Source: Actinomycetota bacterium (GTDB taxonomy: Bacteria; Actinomycetota; Actinomycetes; S36-B12; UBA5976). Taken from it: a stretch of DNA of 64,000 nucleotides. The stretch is from NCBI GenBank assembly GCA_947452755.1, contig CANGDT010000001.1, positions 43,217-107,216 on the forward strand, given 5' to 3'. Numbering within the stretch: position 1 is the stretch's first letter; every line of letters starts with the position of its first letter. The notes under the pieces were generated by a model. It ran no database searches. It saw only the letters and a list, made by a program, of their open reading frames with translations, and was not told the origin of the DNA. Positions 10,279-20,551 of this stretch are shown in pieces. The position numbers were made by a program, and so were the translations under genes.

Positions 10279-11312
10279 GTTAGATCTGCGCTTCGTCTCG
10301 AACCAAGAATGTAAAGGAAGAATGGCGCACCAATGAGGGCTGTGACAACGCCAATGGGAATTTCTTGCGGCGCAAGTGCGGTGCGGGCGATGACATCGGC
10401 GAGCACCAAGAATACGCCGCCGAAAATCAACGACAGTGGCATCAATACGCGGTAGCTGTTTCCGACTATCAGTCGCAGGATGTGGGGGACAATGATTCCC
10501 ACAAAACCAATAAGACCAGTAACAGACACGGCAGCAGCGGTGCCCAGCGATGCTGCAATGATGACGGCTGCGCGTGCCTGGTTCACCGGAAGGCCGAGTG
10601 TGAGAGCTTCTTCGTCGCCAACTGCGAAGATGTCGAGCACGCGACGATAACGCAACAGAACAATGAGGCATATCGCAATGTAAGGCGTTACTAGTCGCAC
10701 ATCGCCCCAACCTGCGGTGTTGAGACGACCGAGCACCCACGCATACACTTCCCGAATTTTCTCTGCATTGCGTTGCTGAACCAAAGTTTGAATAGCGGTC
10801 AGCAGATTTGCTACCGCAACACCGGCTAGGACTAGCGCTGTAGACGAGCGACCAACGAGGGCAGATCGACCGAGTGAATAGGTTAGAGCAACGGCAATAA
10901 GTGCGCCGGCAAATGATGCGATGGGAAGTACCCAGTGCGCCACTGAATGCTGGGACACAATTGCGACAGTTGCACCAAGTCCTGCTCCTGCCGATACACC
11001 TAACAGGTATGGATCTGCGAGGGGATTGCGAAATGTGCCTTGGTATGAACATCCGGCGGTTGCCAACATTGAACCCACCACCAGCGCGAGAATGACGCGT
11101 GGAAGTCGAAGCTGCCAGATGATTGTGGAGTTCAAGGATGGCTGAGTGCTGTGATGTGTAAATGGAATATGGTTTCCAATTTCAGCGATAACGTCACCGG
11201 GCGGAATTGCGACGGCGCCGATGCACACACCAACGATTAAGGTCACGCATACTGCGACAGCACTAAGAACCCACGTCTTGCGTGAGATTCGCGTAGCTGT
11301 CGCAGTATGCAT
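10275..11312 (-). CDS. btuC: FecCD-family ABC permease (corrinoid / iron-chelate type)
   Basis: Polytopic membrane protein with the FecCD pattern TGLIGFVGIIVPHILRL; 345 aa. It lies in an operon with the binding protein and the ATPase. Confidence 0.85.
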   Translation of the reverse strand: MHTATATRISRKTWVLSAVAVCVTLIVGVCIGAVAIPPGDVIAEIGNHIPFTHHSTQPSLNSTIIWQLRLPRVILALVVGSMLATAGCSYQGTFRNPLADPYLLGVSAGAGLGATVAIVSQHSVAHWVLPIASFAGALIAVALTYSLGRSALVGRSSTALVLAGVAVANLLTAIQTLVQQRNAEKIREVYAWVLGRLNTAGWGDVRLVTPYIAICLIVLLRYRRVLDIFAVGDEEALTLGLPVNQARAAVIIAASLGTAAAVSVTGLIGFVGIIVPHILRLIVGNSYRVLMPLSLIFGGVFLVLADVIARTALAPQEIPIGVVTALIGAPFFLYILGSRRSADLT

Positions 11313-11319
11313 TGCTGAA

Positions 11320-12246
11320 CTACTTACCTTCGATGGCGTTAACGGCCATCACAATTTTGTGCAGAAGTTCCGGAGTACGTGGGCCCCAACGCGAAGCGAT
11401 GTCGTCATCTAATAACACGATTGCTCCGGGTGTCTTGACGGCATCTAGGGACGCAAAGCCAGGCCGCATTGCAACAGTTGCCGCGGTTTGTCCACAGCAG
11501 TTTCCATCGGCAAGAAAAATCAGAGAAGGATTGCTTTTGACGATGTATTCAGCCGATAGCTGTGGGTAACCGCTGCTCGCGCCTGGCGCAGCATCAGCAA
11601 TGTTTGTGAGCCCAGCCATTTTGTACAACTGGCCAACAAAAGTGTCCGATGTAATGGAGTAGAAGGTGTTATCTAGCTCGTGATAGATACTGACTGACTT
11701 TGCTGACTTTGAAAGCAAGTTCAATGCGGCAGAAATTTCATGTTCCATGGTGGCCTTGGTAATGACTGCGCGATCAGAGTTTCCTGTGGCACGTCCGAGT
11801 TCAATTATTTGTGCTTCGGCGCCAGCTAGGTCGCTCGGGGCTGCCTCAATTAAGACCGGAATGTTGGCTGCCTTGAGTGATGCTGCCAAGTTGTCGATGT
11901 CGTTGCTTATGACAACAAGATCAGGGTGCATAGCGGTGATGGCTTCTACATTCGGGGTGTAGCCAGACAGCTTGGAATGTGGTGCTTCGAGTGGGTAGGT
12001 GGATTGGTCATCCACGGCAATAACTTGGGAACCTGCACCTATGGCGAATAGGTCTTCAGTTGCACTTGGCGAAAGCGAAATGATCGCTTGTGGTTTCGCA
12101 TTGATGGTGACCGCAGTCTCGCCGGTTCCTACAGTGACCGGAAATTCTGCTACCGGTATTGAACTTGGGGCAGTTGACGTAGTTGTTCCGCATGCGCTGA
12201 GCGCGAATGCGAATAAAGCAGCTACGACCACATTTTTCTTGATCAT
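11320..12246 (-). CDS. btuF: Periplasmic-binding-protein type 2 lipoprotein (BtuF-like substrate-binding protein)
   Basis: Lipobox FALSACG and IISLSPSATEDLFAIGAGSQVIAVD, typical of Peripla_BP_2 proteins. AAGGAG RBS at 12252-12257. Confidence 0.8.
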   Translation of the reverse strand: MIKKNVVVAALFAFALSACGTTTSTAPSSIPVAEFPVTVGTGETAVTINAKPQAIISLSPSATEDLFAIGAGSQVIAVDDQSTYPLEAPHSKLSGYTPNVEAITAMHPDLVVISNDIDNLAASLKAANIPVLIEAAPSDLAGAEAQIIELGRATGNSDRAVITKATMEHEISAALNLLSKSAKSVSIYHELDNTFYSITSDTFVGQLYKMAGLTNIADAAPGASSGYPQLSAEYIVKSNPSLIFLADGNCCGQTAATVAMRPGFASLDAVKTPGAIVLLDDDIASRWGPRTPELLHKIVMAVNAIEGK

Positions 12247-12338
12247 TTGATCTCCTTGTGTGGTCGAGAAATTTTCCGACGGTCACAAGCGAGCTGTGAA
12301 ACGACGAACTCTTCCTCGAGAGTTGTTATTCAATCCAC

Positions 12339-12423
12339 GAATACAGGCGACCTGGCTTACAGCCTTACGGCTGAATTTCAGTTGCGGGACAGCGCCGGAA
12401 TCTCACCGGACTTCGCTGTATTC
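12339..12423 (-). promoter_or_regulatory. Cobalamin riboswitch aptamer (compact form) in the 5' leader of btuFCD
   Basis: Minus-strand read: P1 gaatacag...ctgtattc. Core ggtgagattccggcgctgtcccgcaactg. Minimal hairpin agcc-gtaa-ggct. B12-box-like aagccaggtcgcctg. It lies about 90 nt upstream of the btuF start. Confidence 0.8.
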
Positions 12424-12458
12424 ACAGTAAAGCGACAGTAGCATGTCGCGGTTTCGAA

Positions 12459-12677
12459 CTAGTCAGCGACAGGCGACAAGTCCATCGGACCATAAATTTT
12501 GTGGTCACCGTCGTAAAGTTCCACGGCAGAAACTCCACCGTCGAGAAGGTCTTTCCACATATCGCCGATGAAGCCTTCAGCGTCAGCCTGGGTCGGAAAC
12601 GGCGAAGTGGTAGCAGCCTCGGGGATTGACGCGGCAGGCTGGCCGTCATTATCGAGATACAACCAATGGAATGTCAT
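12459..12677 (-). CDS. Small acidic hypothetical protein (72 aa)
   Basis: Clean ORF filling the gap between the AKR gene and the riboswitch. The composition is protein-like and it resembles small conserved actinobacterial proteins I recall only vaguely. No motif was recognised. Confidence 0.5.
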   Translation of the reverse strand: MTFHWLYLDNDGQPAASIPEAATTSPFPTQADAEGFIGDMWKDLLDGGVSAVELYDGDHKIYGPMDLSPVAD

Positions 12678-12709
12678 GATTACTCCTTGTCGAGAATTGC
12701 TGGTGTTGA

Positions 12710-13714
12710 CTAACTCAAGCGATCTGGTGGGCTTACGGTCATTCGGTGGTCGCGGACTATGACGCCTTCGAGTGCTAAGTCGATTGCAGCGAGAACGTCT
12801 GAACTCAAAATAAAGCCGCTTGCTTTTGCTGCCTCAGTAATTTGTTCAGGACGTGAGGCGCCAACCAGCGCGGAAGAAACGTTTTTGTTTTGTAGTACCC
12901 AAGCAACTGCTAGTTGAGCCATGGTCAGGCCGCATTCTTGAGCAATGGGGCGCAGGCTTTGGACTGCCTGGAGGATGTCGTCATTAAGGAATCGCTTAAC
13001 GAACTCGCCACCTTCACTAGACGTTGCGCGAGATCCGTCGGGCAGAGGCTGACCTGGTAGATACTTGCCGGTCAGCACACCTTGCGCCAATGGCGACCAC
13101 ACAATGTGGCCGATACCGCGCTCGCGGCAAGTCGGATCAACCTTTTCTTCGATGACGCGCCACAACATGTTGTATTGCGGTTGGCTGGAAACAATTCTGT
13201 CTAGACCCATCTCGCGAGCGATCTTTGTTGCCGCCTTAATTTCGGACGACTTCCACTCAGAGACACCGATGTACAAAACTTTTCCGCTGCGTACCAAATC
13301 ATCAAACGCTCGCAGAGTTTCTTCCAGCGGCGTGTTGTAGTCGAAGCGATGCGCTTGGTACAGATCCACGTAGTCAGTGCCCAGTCGCTTCAGCGATGCG
13401 TTACATGACTCCATGATGTGCTTACGTGAAAGCCCGGTGTCATTGTGCCCACGAGGACCCGTTGGGAAATAAACCTTGGTGAAAATTTCCAAAGATTCAC
13501 GTCGCTGGCCAGCTAGGGCGCGACCAAGAACTGATTCAGCCTCGGTGTTGGCATACACATCGGCGGTGTCAAAAGTGGTGATGCCGGCGTCAAGTGCTGC
13601 GTTGACACACGCGCGAGCGGTATCTTCTGCTACTTGTGAAGCGTGAGTGATCCAATTGCCGTAAGCAATTTCTGAAACCTTGAGTCCGCTGGTGCCTAAG
13701 TATCTGAATTCCAT
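12710..13714 (-). CDS. Aldo/keto reductase
   Basis: N-terminus MEFRYLGTSGLKVSEIAYGNW, plus DTADVY and the typical AKR length of 334 aa. Confidence 0.88.
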   Translation of the reverse strand: MEFRYLGTSGLKVSEIAYGNWITHASQVAEDTARACVNAALDAGITTFDTADVYANTEAESVLGRALAGQRRESLEIFTKVYFPTGPRGHNDTGLSRKHIMESCNASLKRLGTDYVDLYQAHRFDYNTPLEETLRAFDDLVRSGKVLYIGVSEWKSSEIKAATKIAREMGLDRIVSSQPQYNMLWRVIEEKVDPTCRERGIGHIVWSPLAQGVLTGKYLPGQPLPDGSRATSSEGGEFVKRFLNDDILQAVQSLRPIAQECGLTMAQLAVAWVLQNKNVSSALVGASRPEQITEAAKASGFILSSDVLAAIDLALEGVIVRDHRMTVSPPDRLS

Positions 13715-13772
13715 AGTGTGACACTAGCCCTTCGAGATGAACGGTGTAGCACAAGTGGTTCTAGGCAAACCG

Positions 13773-14348
13773 CTACTTTTTTGGCGGTTTCACCTTTGCA
13801 GGCTTGCCACCTGGACCAACCAGCGCAGGCGGAATACGGAATCGACGCATTTGAAGAGCGCGCAACGACCCGTACCAAATGATGTGCGGACGTTCGCTTG
13901 CATCCGGAAATGCCTTCTTCATGTGACGGCGAAGTTGGTAAGCGACCAAAGTTGTGTCCAAGATGACCATGACAAGTGCAGTGGACCAACCGTAGACAAC
14001 AGCTTTTTGGACGGCCGCATTCTTGATGAGTCCCAGCATTAGCACCATGATTGCGATGGGAACAAAGTATTCGCCAAATGTGCGACGAGAATCAATAAAG
14101 TTTCGTGCCTCAAGGCGCGCTGGTCCACGGTCACGTGTTGGCAGATAATTCGGATCTCCGGCCATCATTTTGGCGCGAGCTTCCAGACGTGCAGCGCGAT
14201 CGCGTTCACGAGAGGCAATTCGGGCGGCCTTTGCATCTTTAGGAATCGTTAGTCCTTGTTTGCGGGCAGCTTCGGATTCCGAACGTTTCGGCGTCGGGCG
14301 CCCTTTGCCGGATTCATCGTGTGTGGGCTCGTTAGTCATGGTGCCCAT
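13773..14348 (-). CDS. DUF3043-like membrane protein
   Basis: Basic N-terminus GKGRPTPKRSESEAARK followed by two TM segments. The start is set to an internal ATG (14348 or 14339), because the track start at 14438 would overlap the divergent glxK. Confidence 0.65.
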   Translation of the reverse strand: MGTMTNEPTHDESGKGRPTPKRSESEAARKQGLTIPKDAKAARIASRERDRAARLEARAKMMAGDPNYLPTRDRGPARLEARNFIDSRRTFGEYFVPIAIMVLMLGLIKNAAVQKAVVYGWSTALVMVILDTTLVAYQLRRHMKKAFPDASERPHIIWYGSLRALQMRRFRIPPALVGPGGKPAKVKPPKK

Positions 14349-14400
14349 GTTATTGGCTGAGGTTCTGTTGAGCGCCAATGCACTGGTGTAACGTGCCAAT

Positions 14401-15513
14401 GTGCGCGTGCTTGTGACCCCCGACTGTTTCAGTGGCACGCTGACCGCACGTGAGGCAGCTCATGCGATTGCTGATGGTTGGCTCCGCCAGCATCCAGACG
14501 ACGATGTGACGGTTTTGCCGCTCTCTGATGGTGGTCCAGGTTTCATCGACACCGCAGCCGAGGCATTCGACGCCACACTCGTTTCTGCGGTGGTCTCTGA
14601 TGCACGGGGACGACCGATTGTTACCCATTTTGCGCGCTGGGCAGATGTTGCCTGGATTGAATCTGCACAAGCCTGCGGCCTCGACAAATTGGGAACCTAT
14701 GAACGAGATCCACTCGATACAACCTCACTTGGTGTGGGGGAACTTATAAATGCAGCGATTGACGATGGCGCTACGAAAATTGTCATCGGCTTAGGTGGCA
14801 CAGCGACTAACGATGCTGGCGCAGGCGCATTGCGTGCACTTGGTGCCACCTCACAAAGTGCTGCCCTTGACGTTGGCGGATACGAGCTACGACACATCAA
14901 AGACATTGATTTTTCCGAAGCGCAATCTCGTGTAGAGGGAATCGACATTGTTATTGCCAGCGATGTTGATAATCCGTTGCTAGGACTTCGTGGTGCGACA
15001 GCAATGTTTTCGCGACAAAAAGGCGCAGACGATTTTGCTGTCATGCAATTAGAAGGTGCATTAGAAAAATTCGCTGCTGCATGTGGTCGTCGTTCTGATG
15101 GAAAAGATCCTGCAGTTGCACTTGGTGCAGGTGCGGGCGGGGGATTGGGCTACGGATTAATGATGCTTGGTGCCAAGCGCGTTGCTGGAATTGACACCGT
15201 GATTGATGCAGTCAATTTGGATGCCGCAATTGCCGAACATGATCTCGTCATCACAGGCGAGGGATGTCTGGATGATCAAAGCCTGCATGGCAAAGTCGTG
15301 GTAGGCGTAGCAACTCATTCAGCGTCGGCAGGAAAACCGTGTATCGCTATTGCAGGTGAGGTTCGGCTTGGAAAACGCGAGTGCGCTTCGGTTGGCCTAG
15401 ATTCGGCGTATTCAATGTCTGAACTGGTGAGTCGCGAGCGTTCCCTTTCGGATGCAGCAGAGGTGCTCAGTGAAGTCACCCAGCGTGTAGCACGCACCTG
15501 GGGACGACGGTAA
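14401..15513 (+). CDS. glxK: Glycerate kinase
   Basis: MRVLVTPDCFSGTLTAREAA N-terminus and the ITGEGCLDDQSLHGK motif, characteristic of the glycerate kinase family. Confidence 0.85.
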   Translation: MRVLVTPDCFSGTLTAREAAHAIADGWLRQHPDDDVTVLPLSDGGPGFIDTAAEAFDATLVSAVVSDARGRPIVTHFARWADVAWIESAQACGLDKLGTYERDPLDTTSLGVGELINAAIDDGATKIVIGLGGTATNDAGAGALRALGATSQSAALDVGGYELRHIKDIDFSEAQSRVEGIDIVIASDVDNPLLGLRGATAMFSRQKGADDFAVMQLEGALEKFAAACGRRSDGKDPAVALGAGAGGGLGYGLMMLGAKRVAGIDTVIDAVNLDAAIAEHDLVITGEGCLDDQSLHGKVVVGVATHSASAGKPCIAIAGEVRLGKRECASVGLDSAYSMSELVSRERSLSDAAEVLSEVTQRVARTWGRR

Positions 15514-15637
15514 ATGCGTCAAAATGGCATAAATCCCACTTGCACCGTAAAGTTGGGAATGTAAGTGACCCTCAACGGGTTATGTACAACATCTCGGGTT
15601 AGCGCTCGTTTATTAGTACGTACAACTAGGAGTTTTC

Positions 15638-16006
15638 ATGACTGCCGAAGCAACACAGACACAAGACGCACCACAGACTGCAGATTTCGTAGTTCTTACT
15701 GACGCTGCTGCCCTCAAAGTGAAGGATCTCTTGTCGACAGTCGAAGAGAACAACGTTGCATTGCGCATTGCTGTTCAGCCAGGCGGATGCTCCGGACTCC
15801 GTTACGACCTGCGTTTCGATGACCGCGACCTTGATGGCGACGTTCGCCGCGAAGTTGCAGGCGTAGGCGTAGTCGTTGATCGAATGAGTGTCCCTTACTT
15901 GGGTGGCGCAGTTATTGATTTTGTGGACACCATCGAAAAGCAAGGTTTCACAATCGACAATCCAAATGCCTCAGGCTCATGCGCCTGTGGTGATTCATTC
16001 AACTAG
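15638..16006 (+). CDS. erpA: Iron-sulfur cluster insertion protein (HesB/IscA/ErpA family)
   Basis: CSGLRY plus the C-terminal GSCACGDSF cysteine triad; 122 aa. Confidence 0.85.
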   Translation: MTAEATQTQDAPQTADFVVLTDAAALKVKDLLSTVEENNVALRIAVQPGGCSGLRYDLRFDDRDLDGDVRREVAGVGVVVDRMSVPYLGGAVIDFVDTIEKQGFTIDNPNASGSCACGDSFN

Positions 16007-16127
16007 GCGCAATTAGCCTCACCTTCTTAACCGCGACGCAAAAGCTATTGACTTCGCAATTCTTAATGCCAGCGAGATTGCCGTGCCACGCCACGTCGGC
16101 TCATTCTGCTGAGTATGCTCATGCGTT

Positions 16128-17102
16128 ATGCGCATAGCGATTACTGGTTCGGTTGCCACTGACCACTTGATGACTTTTCCGGGTCTCTTTAACGATTCAC
16201 TTGTTGCCGACCAATTGCACAATGTGTCATTGTCGTTCCTTGTTGATGATTTACAGATTCGCCGTGGTGGTGTTGCCGCGAACATCTGCTTCGGCATGGG
16301 TGTTCTTGGTGAACGTCCGCTATTAGTCGCCGCAGTGGGCCACGACTTTGCTGAGTATCGCGCGTGGCTTGAAGACCATGGTGTGGATTGCTCTCACGTG
16401 CACGTTTCAACGACTCAGCACACTGCGCGTTTTATGTGCACCACGGATCAGGAGCAAAACCAAATCGCATCCTTCTATCCAGGTGCGATGGGTGAATCAA
16501 GCGAACTCCATTTAGTGCAGATTTCTGAGCGTGCTGGTGCTATCGATCTTGTGTTGATCGGTGCAGATGATCCATCAGCAATGCTCCAGCATTCACTTGC
16601 GTGTAAAGAACTTGGCATAGCTTTCATCGCCGACCCATCACAACAGCTTCCTCGCCTTGACGGAGAGCAAGTCAAAGCGGTAGTTGAAGGCGCCACTTAC
16701 TTGTTCAACAACGAGTACGAAGCGACATTGATTGAGCAACGTACTGGCTGGACTGCTGATGAGGTACTCAACCATGTTGGTATACGTGTCACGACACTTG
16801 GTAAGAATGGTGTTCGTATCACGTCGCGTGATGGCATTGACATTCATGTTCCCGTTGCACAGGAGAAAGCCATCAAAGATCCAACCGGTGTGGGGGATGC
16901 CTTCCGCGCGGGTTTCTTAGCGGGATTGAGCTGGAAACTAGACCTCGAGCGCTGTGCACAGATTGGTTCACTGTTGGCAACGTATGTCATTGAAACCATC
17001 GGTACTCAAGAGTTCAGCGTTGACAAGGACACCTTCGTCAGGCGTTTCGCAGACGCTTACGGCGAATCAGCTGCACAAGAAATTCATCAGCACATTAAAT
17101 AG
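16128..17102 (+). CDS. adoK: PfkB-family carbohydrate kinase, adenosine-kinase type
   Basis: Close by-eye resemblance to my recollection of mycobacterial AdoK (ITGSVATDHLMTFPG, SLSFLVDDL, DPTGVGDAFRAGFL). It occupies the same position next to ctaC as in mycobacteria. Confidence 0.8.
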   Translation: MRIAITGSVATDHLMTFPGLFNDSLVADQLHNVSLSFLVDDLQIRRGGVAANICFGMGVLGERPLLVAAVGHDFAEYRAWLEDHGVDCSHVHVSTTQHTARFMCTTDQEQNQIASFYPGAMGESSELHLVQISERAGAIDLVLIGADDPSAMLQHSLACKELGIAFIADPSQQLPRLDGEQVKAVVEGATYLFNNEYEATLIEQRTGWTADEVLNHVGIRVTTLGKNGVRITSRDGIDIHVPVAQEKAIKDPTGVGDAFRAGFLAGLSWKLDLERCAQIGSLLATYVIETIGTQEFSVDKDTFVRRFADAYGESAAQEIHQHIK

Positions 17103-17132
17103 TTCGCTGCCATGAAAACGGCGTGAGGAGGG

Positions 17133-17876
17133 GTGATGGACGACATCGATTTTCCTGACCCACGCACCGGGCCGGATGACATGGACCTGCTGGCTGTCAG
17201 CCAGTTCGATATCCATGGCCGTCAGGTGGGTCCACAGGTGCCCGTCGACTGGCCAAAGCTCACTGAATTTGGTTCGGCATGGACAGCCGAAGTGCTGATG
17301 GCGGCATATAGGCGTGGTTTGTTTCCCATGCCATTTGAGATTGATGACCAGCCGGTAGCTATTGGATGGTGGTCGCCTCAGCCACGTGCAATTTTTCATC
17401 CGGACAAAATTCGTGTGACTCGCTCGCTTGAAAAATCAAGCCGCCGGTATCGCACGACAGTAGATCGAGAGTTTCGACGAGTGGTTGAAGCGTGTGGCAA
17501 CCCCGAGCGTCCATCTGGGTGGATCACCAGCGATGTCGTAGATGCGTACTGTGAACTTCACGAGCAGGGCGTTGCACACTCGGTTGAGGTGTGGACTTTC
17601 GCCGGTGAACTTGTCGGTGGGCTTTACGGTGTTGAGGTTGGCGGGATATTCGCAGGCGAATCGATGTTCCATACCCAGCCGGATGCTTCGAAAGTGGCAC
17701 TTTTGCGGGTGGCAAAGATTCTCAACACTCAAACCACTATTGACGGGCAGCTGCGAATTATAGATACCCAGTGGTTGACCGACCATTTGGAAAGCCTTGG
17801 GGCTACTACGATTTTGCGCTCAGATTACTGTGACTTGGTCGCGTCGCTGGCGGAAGTTCCGACCGCCTTTTTGTGA
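17133..17876 (+). CDS. aat: Leucyl/phenylalanyl-tRNA--protein transferase
   Basis: AYRRGLFPM, IGWWSPQPRAIFHP, and the GESMFH motif of the Aat family. Confidence 0.8.
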   Translation: MMDDIDFPDPRTGPDDMDLLAVSQFDIHGRQVGPQVPVDWPKLTEFGSAWTAEVLMAAYRRGLFPMPFEIDDQPVAIGWWSPQPRAIFHPDKIRVTRSLEKSSRRYRTTVDREFRRVVEACGNPERPSGWITSDVVDAYCELHEQGVAHSVEVWTFAGELVGGLYGVEVGGIFAGESMFHTQPDASKVALLRVAKILNTQTTIDGQLRIIDTQWLTDHLESLGATTILRSDYCDLVASLAEVPTAFL

Positions 17877-18036
17877 CCAAGGTTAAGTGTGTGAGATACG
17901 TCCCTTGACCATGCCCAGCACGTGTTTAAAGCCTGTCTGCGGTAGTGTTTGTACGAGAAAACCTGCACTTCCGAGCCAATTTCCTTCGTGAAATCAACTC
18001 CGGTCATGCAGGTGCGACGAAAAGGACATGTAACTC

Positions 18037-18837
18037 GTGAGAACCTCAGCTCTCGGCAAGAAAATTGCCATCGGCACCGGTGCAGTGACTGTTTCATTAG
18101 TGCTTTCTGCATGTGGAACGAGCAACGTGTACGAACGCGGCGGCATGCCGGCACCAGCTACCGAAGAAGGTTCACGAATCCTGTCCTTGTGGCAAGGCTC
18201 ATGGATTGCTGCGCTCATCGTTGGAGTTTTTGTTTGGGGTCTATTGATTTGGGCCATCGTTGCCTATCGACGTCGCGAAGGTGACCCTCTGCCGGCTCAA
18301 ACCAAGTACAACGTGCCAATCGAAATTCTTTACACTGTCGCACCACTTCTGATGATTTTGGCTATGTTCTACTTCGTCCAGCGCGACCAAACCGAACTCA
18401 CACGTATTGACAACAAGCAGACGCACTCAGTCAACGTCATCGGATGGCGTTGGTCATGGGGATTTAATTACCTCGATGAAGGTGCATACGATGTTGGCAC
18501 CCCAGGGGAGCGTCCAACGTTATGGTTGCCAGTCAACGAAAAGGTCAAGTTTGACCTGATGTCTCCAGATGTGGACCACTCATTCTGGATTCCAGCGTTC
18601 TTGATGAAGATGGACGTAATTCCAGGTCGCAACAACACTTTTGAAGTCACACCAAACAAGATCGGTGAATTTTCCGGTAAGTGTGCAGAACTTTGTGGCG
18701 TCGATCATTCCCGCATGTTGTTCAACGTAAAAGTTGTCACGCGGGCTGAATACGATGCCCACATTGCAGACCTTCAAGCTCACGGCCAAGCAGGCAAGCT
18801 CGACACCGGACGATCACAAGTTGCAGGAGCACAGTAA
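18037..18837 (+). CDS. ctaC: Cytochrome c oxidase subunit II
   Basis: CuA site HSFWIP...[13 protein letters not shown]-terminal lipoprotein-like signal (LSACG) and two TM helices. Confidence 0.9.
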   Translation: MRTSALGKKIAIGTGAVTVSLVLSACGTSNVYERGGMPAPATEEGSRILSLWQGSWIAALIVGVFVWGLLIWAIVAYRRREGDPLPAQTKYNVPIEILYTVAPLLMILAMFYFVQRDQTELTRIDNKQTHSVNVIGWRWSWGFNYLDEGAYDVGTPGERPTLWLPVNEKVKFDLMSPDVDHSFWIPAFLMKMDVIPGRNNTFEVTPNKIGEFSGKCAELCGVDHSRMLFNVKVVTRAEYDAHIADLQAHGQAGKLDTGRSQVAGAQ

Positions 18838-20537
18838 TGGCAATTATTGATAAGCCAATCGTGGATTCGCACGCGCCAGCAGCGCCTGTTAAAAAGGGCA
18901 ACAAAGTCGTGAAGTGGATAACTTCCACTGATCACAAGGTCATCGGCAACCTTTACATGGTGACCTCTTTTGTATTCTTCTTGCTTGCCGGCGCAATGGC
19001 ATTAATCATGCGTGCGGAATTGACTGTCCCAGGTTTGCAGTTTGTGAGCAACGAGCAGTACAACCAGCTCTTCACAATGCACGGAACATTAATGTTGTTC
19101 CTTTTTGCGACATCGCTATTCGCTGGGTTTGCAAACGCAATCATGCCTTTGCAAATCGGCTCACCTGACGTTTCATTCCCTCGTTTGAACATGGTGAGTT
19201 ACTGGCTCTACTTCTTCGGTGGCGTCATTGTGATGTTGGGTTTCATTACCCCTGGCGGCGCAGCATCCTTTGGTTGGTTTGCGTACTCACCGCTGTCCAA
19301 TGTGATCAATTCACCGAACGTCGGCGCTGATCTGTGGATCATGGGTCTGACCATGTCGGGTATGGCATCCATCCTTGGTGCCGTTAACTTCATCACCACA
19401 ATTTTCACAATGCGCGCACCAGGTATGACTATGTTCCGCATGCCAATTTTCACCTGGAATGTTTTGCTGACCAGCATCTTGGTATTGATGGCATTCCCAG
19501 TTCTTGCCGCTGCGATGCTGATGCTAGAGGCCGATCGCAAGTTCGGTGCACAGGTGTATGACGCTGCCAATGGTGGCGCGATTCTGTGGCAGCACTTGTT
19601 CTGGTTCTTTGGTCACCCTGAGGTCTACATCTTGGCGCTACCGTTCTTTGGTATTGCCTCGGAAATTCTTCCGGTGTTCAGTCGCAAGCCAATCTTTGGT
19701 TACAAGGGTTTGGTTTTTGCAACAATTGCGATTGCCGGACTTTCAGTTTCCGTATGGGCTCACCACATGTATGTCACCGGCGCTGTAAATCTTCCGTTCT
19801 TCTCGTTCATGACCATGCTGATTGCGGTACCAACGGGCGTGAAGTTCTTCAACTGGATTGGCACGATGTGGGGTGGATCGATTTCATTCGAAACACCAAT
19901 GTTGTGGACCATTGGCTTCTTGGCCACATTCCTTTTTGGTGGATTGACCGGAATCATCTTGGCTGCACCGCCGCTTGATTTCCATGTGAGCGACTCGTAC
20001 TTCGTGGTAGCTCACTTCCACTATGTAATCTTCGGAACTGTTGTGTTCGCTATGTTCGCTGGTTTTTATTTCTGGTGGCCAAAGTTCACTGGCAAAATGC
20101 TAGATGAACGTCTCGGCAAGCTTCATTTCTGGTTGGTGTTTATCGGCTTCCATACGACATTCCTAGTTCAGCACTGGTTAGGTGTTGAAGGTATGCCACG
20201 CCGCTACGCGGACTACTTGGCCAGCGACGGCTTCACGTTCCTTAATGAAGTGTCAACGGTTGGGTCGGTAATTCTTGGTGCATCAACGTTTGTGTTCTTG
20301 TGGAACATCTACAAGACCACCACGACTGCGCCGATGGTTAACACCGATGATCCTTGGGGTTGGGGAGCATCACTTGAATGGGCAACTTCGTGCCCACCAC
20401 CTCGCCACAACTTCATTGAGATTCCACGAATTCGCAGCGAACGACCAGCATTTGATTTACATCATCCGCAAGTAGAACATCTCGATAGTGCAGCACGCGC
20501 TGCAGTTCTTGATCATGCAGCCGGCTCAGAAAGCTAA
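18837..20537 (+). CDS. ctaD: Cytochrome c oxidase subunit I
   Basis: [15 protein letters not shown] and HFHYV heme/CuB ligand motifs; 566 aa. TAATG overlap with ctaC. Confidence 0.95.
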   Translation: MAIIDKPIVDSHAPAAPVKKGNKVVKWITSTDHKVIGNLYMVTSFVFFLLAGAMALIMRAELTVPGLQFVSNEQYNQLFTMHGTLMLFLFATSLFAGFANAIMPLQIGSPDVSFPRLNMVSYWLYFFGGVIVMLGFITPGGAASFGWFAYSPLSNVINSPNVGADLWIMGLTMSGMASILGAVNFITTIFTMRAPGMTMFRMPIFTWNVLLTSILVLMAFPVLAAAMLMLEADRKFGAQVYDAANGGAILWQHLFWFFGHPEVYILALPFFGIASEILPVFSRKPIFGYKGLVFATIAIAGLSVSVWAHHMYVTGAVNLPFFSFMTMLIAVPTGVKFFNWIGTMWGGSISFETPMLWTIGFLATFLFGGLTGIILAAPPLDFHVSDSYFVVAHFHYVIFGTVVFAMFAGFYFWWPKFTGKMLDERLGKLHFWLVFIGFHTTFLVQHWLGVEGMPRRYADYLASDGFTFLNEVSTVGSVILGASTFVFLWNIYKTTTTAPMVNTDDPWGWGASLEWATSCPPPRHNFIEIPRIRSERPAFDLHHPQVEHLDSAARAAVLDHAAGSES

Positions 20538-20551
20538 GGAGATTTGAACTT

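Noticed and set aside
10279-11052. N-terminal 258 aa of the 533-aa track ORF 9451-11052, suggesting a large fusion protein
   Set aside because: The extension is Cys/Arg/Ser-rich, non-protein-like and out of frame over the FecCD permease gene. The ABC ATPase begins at MTNNPDKK (10278), in an ATGA overlap with the permease stop.
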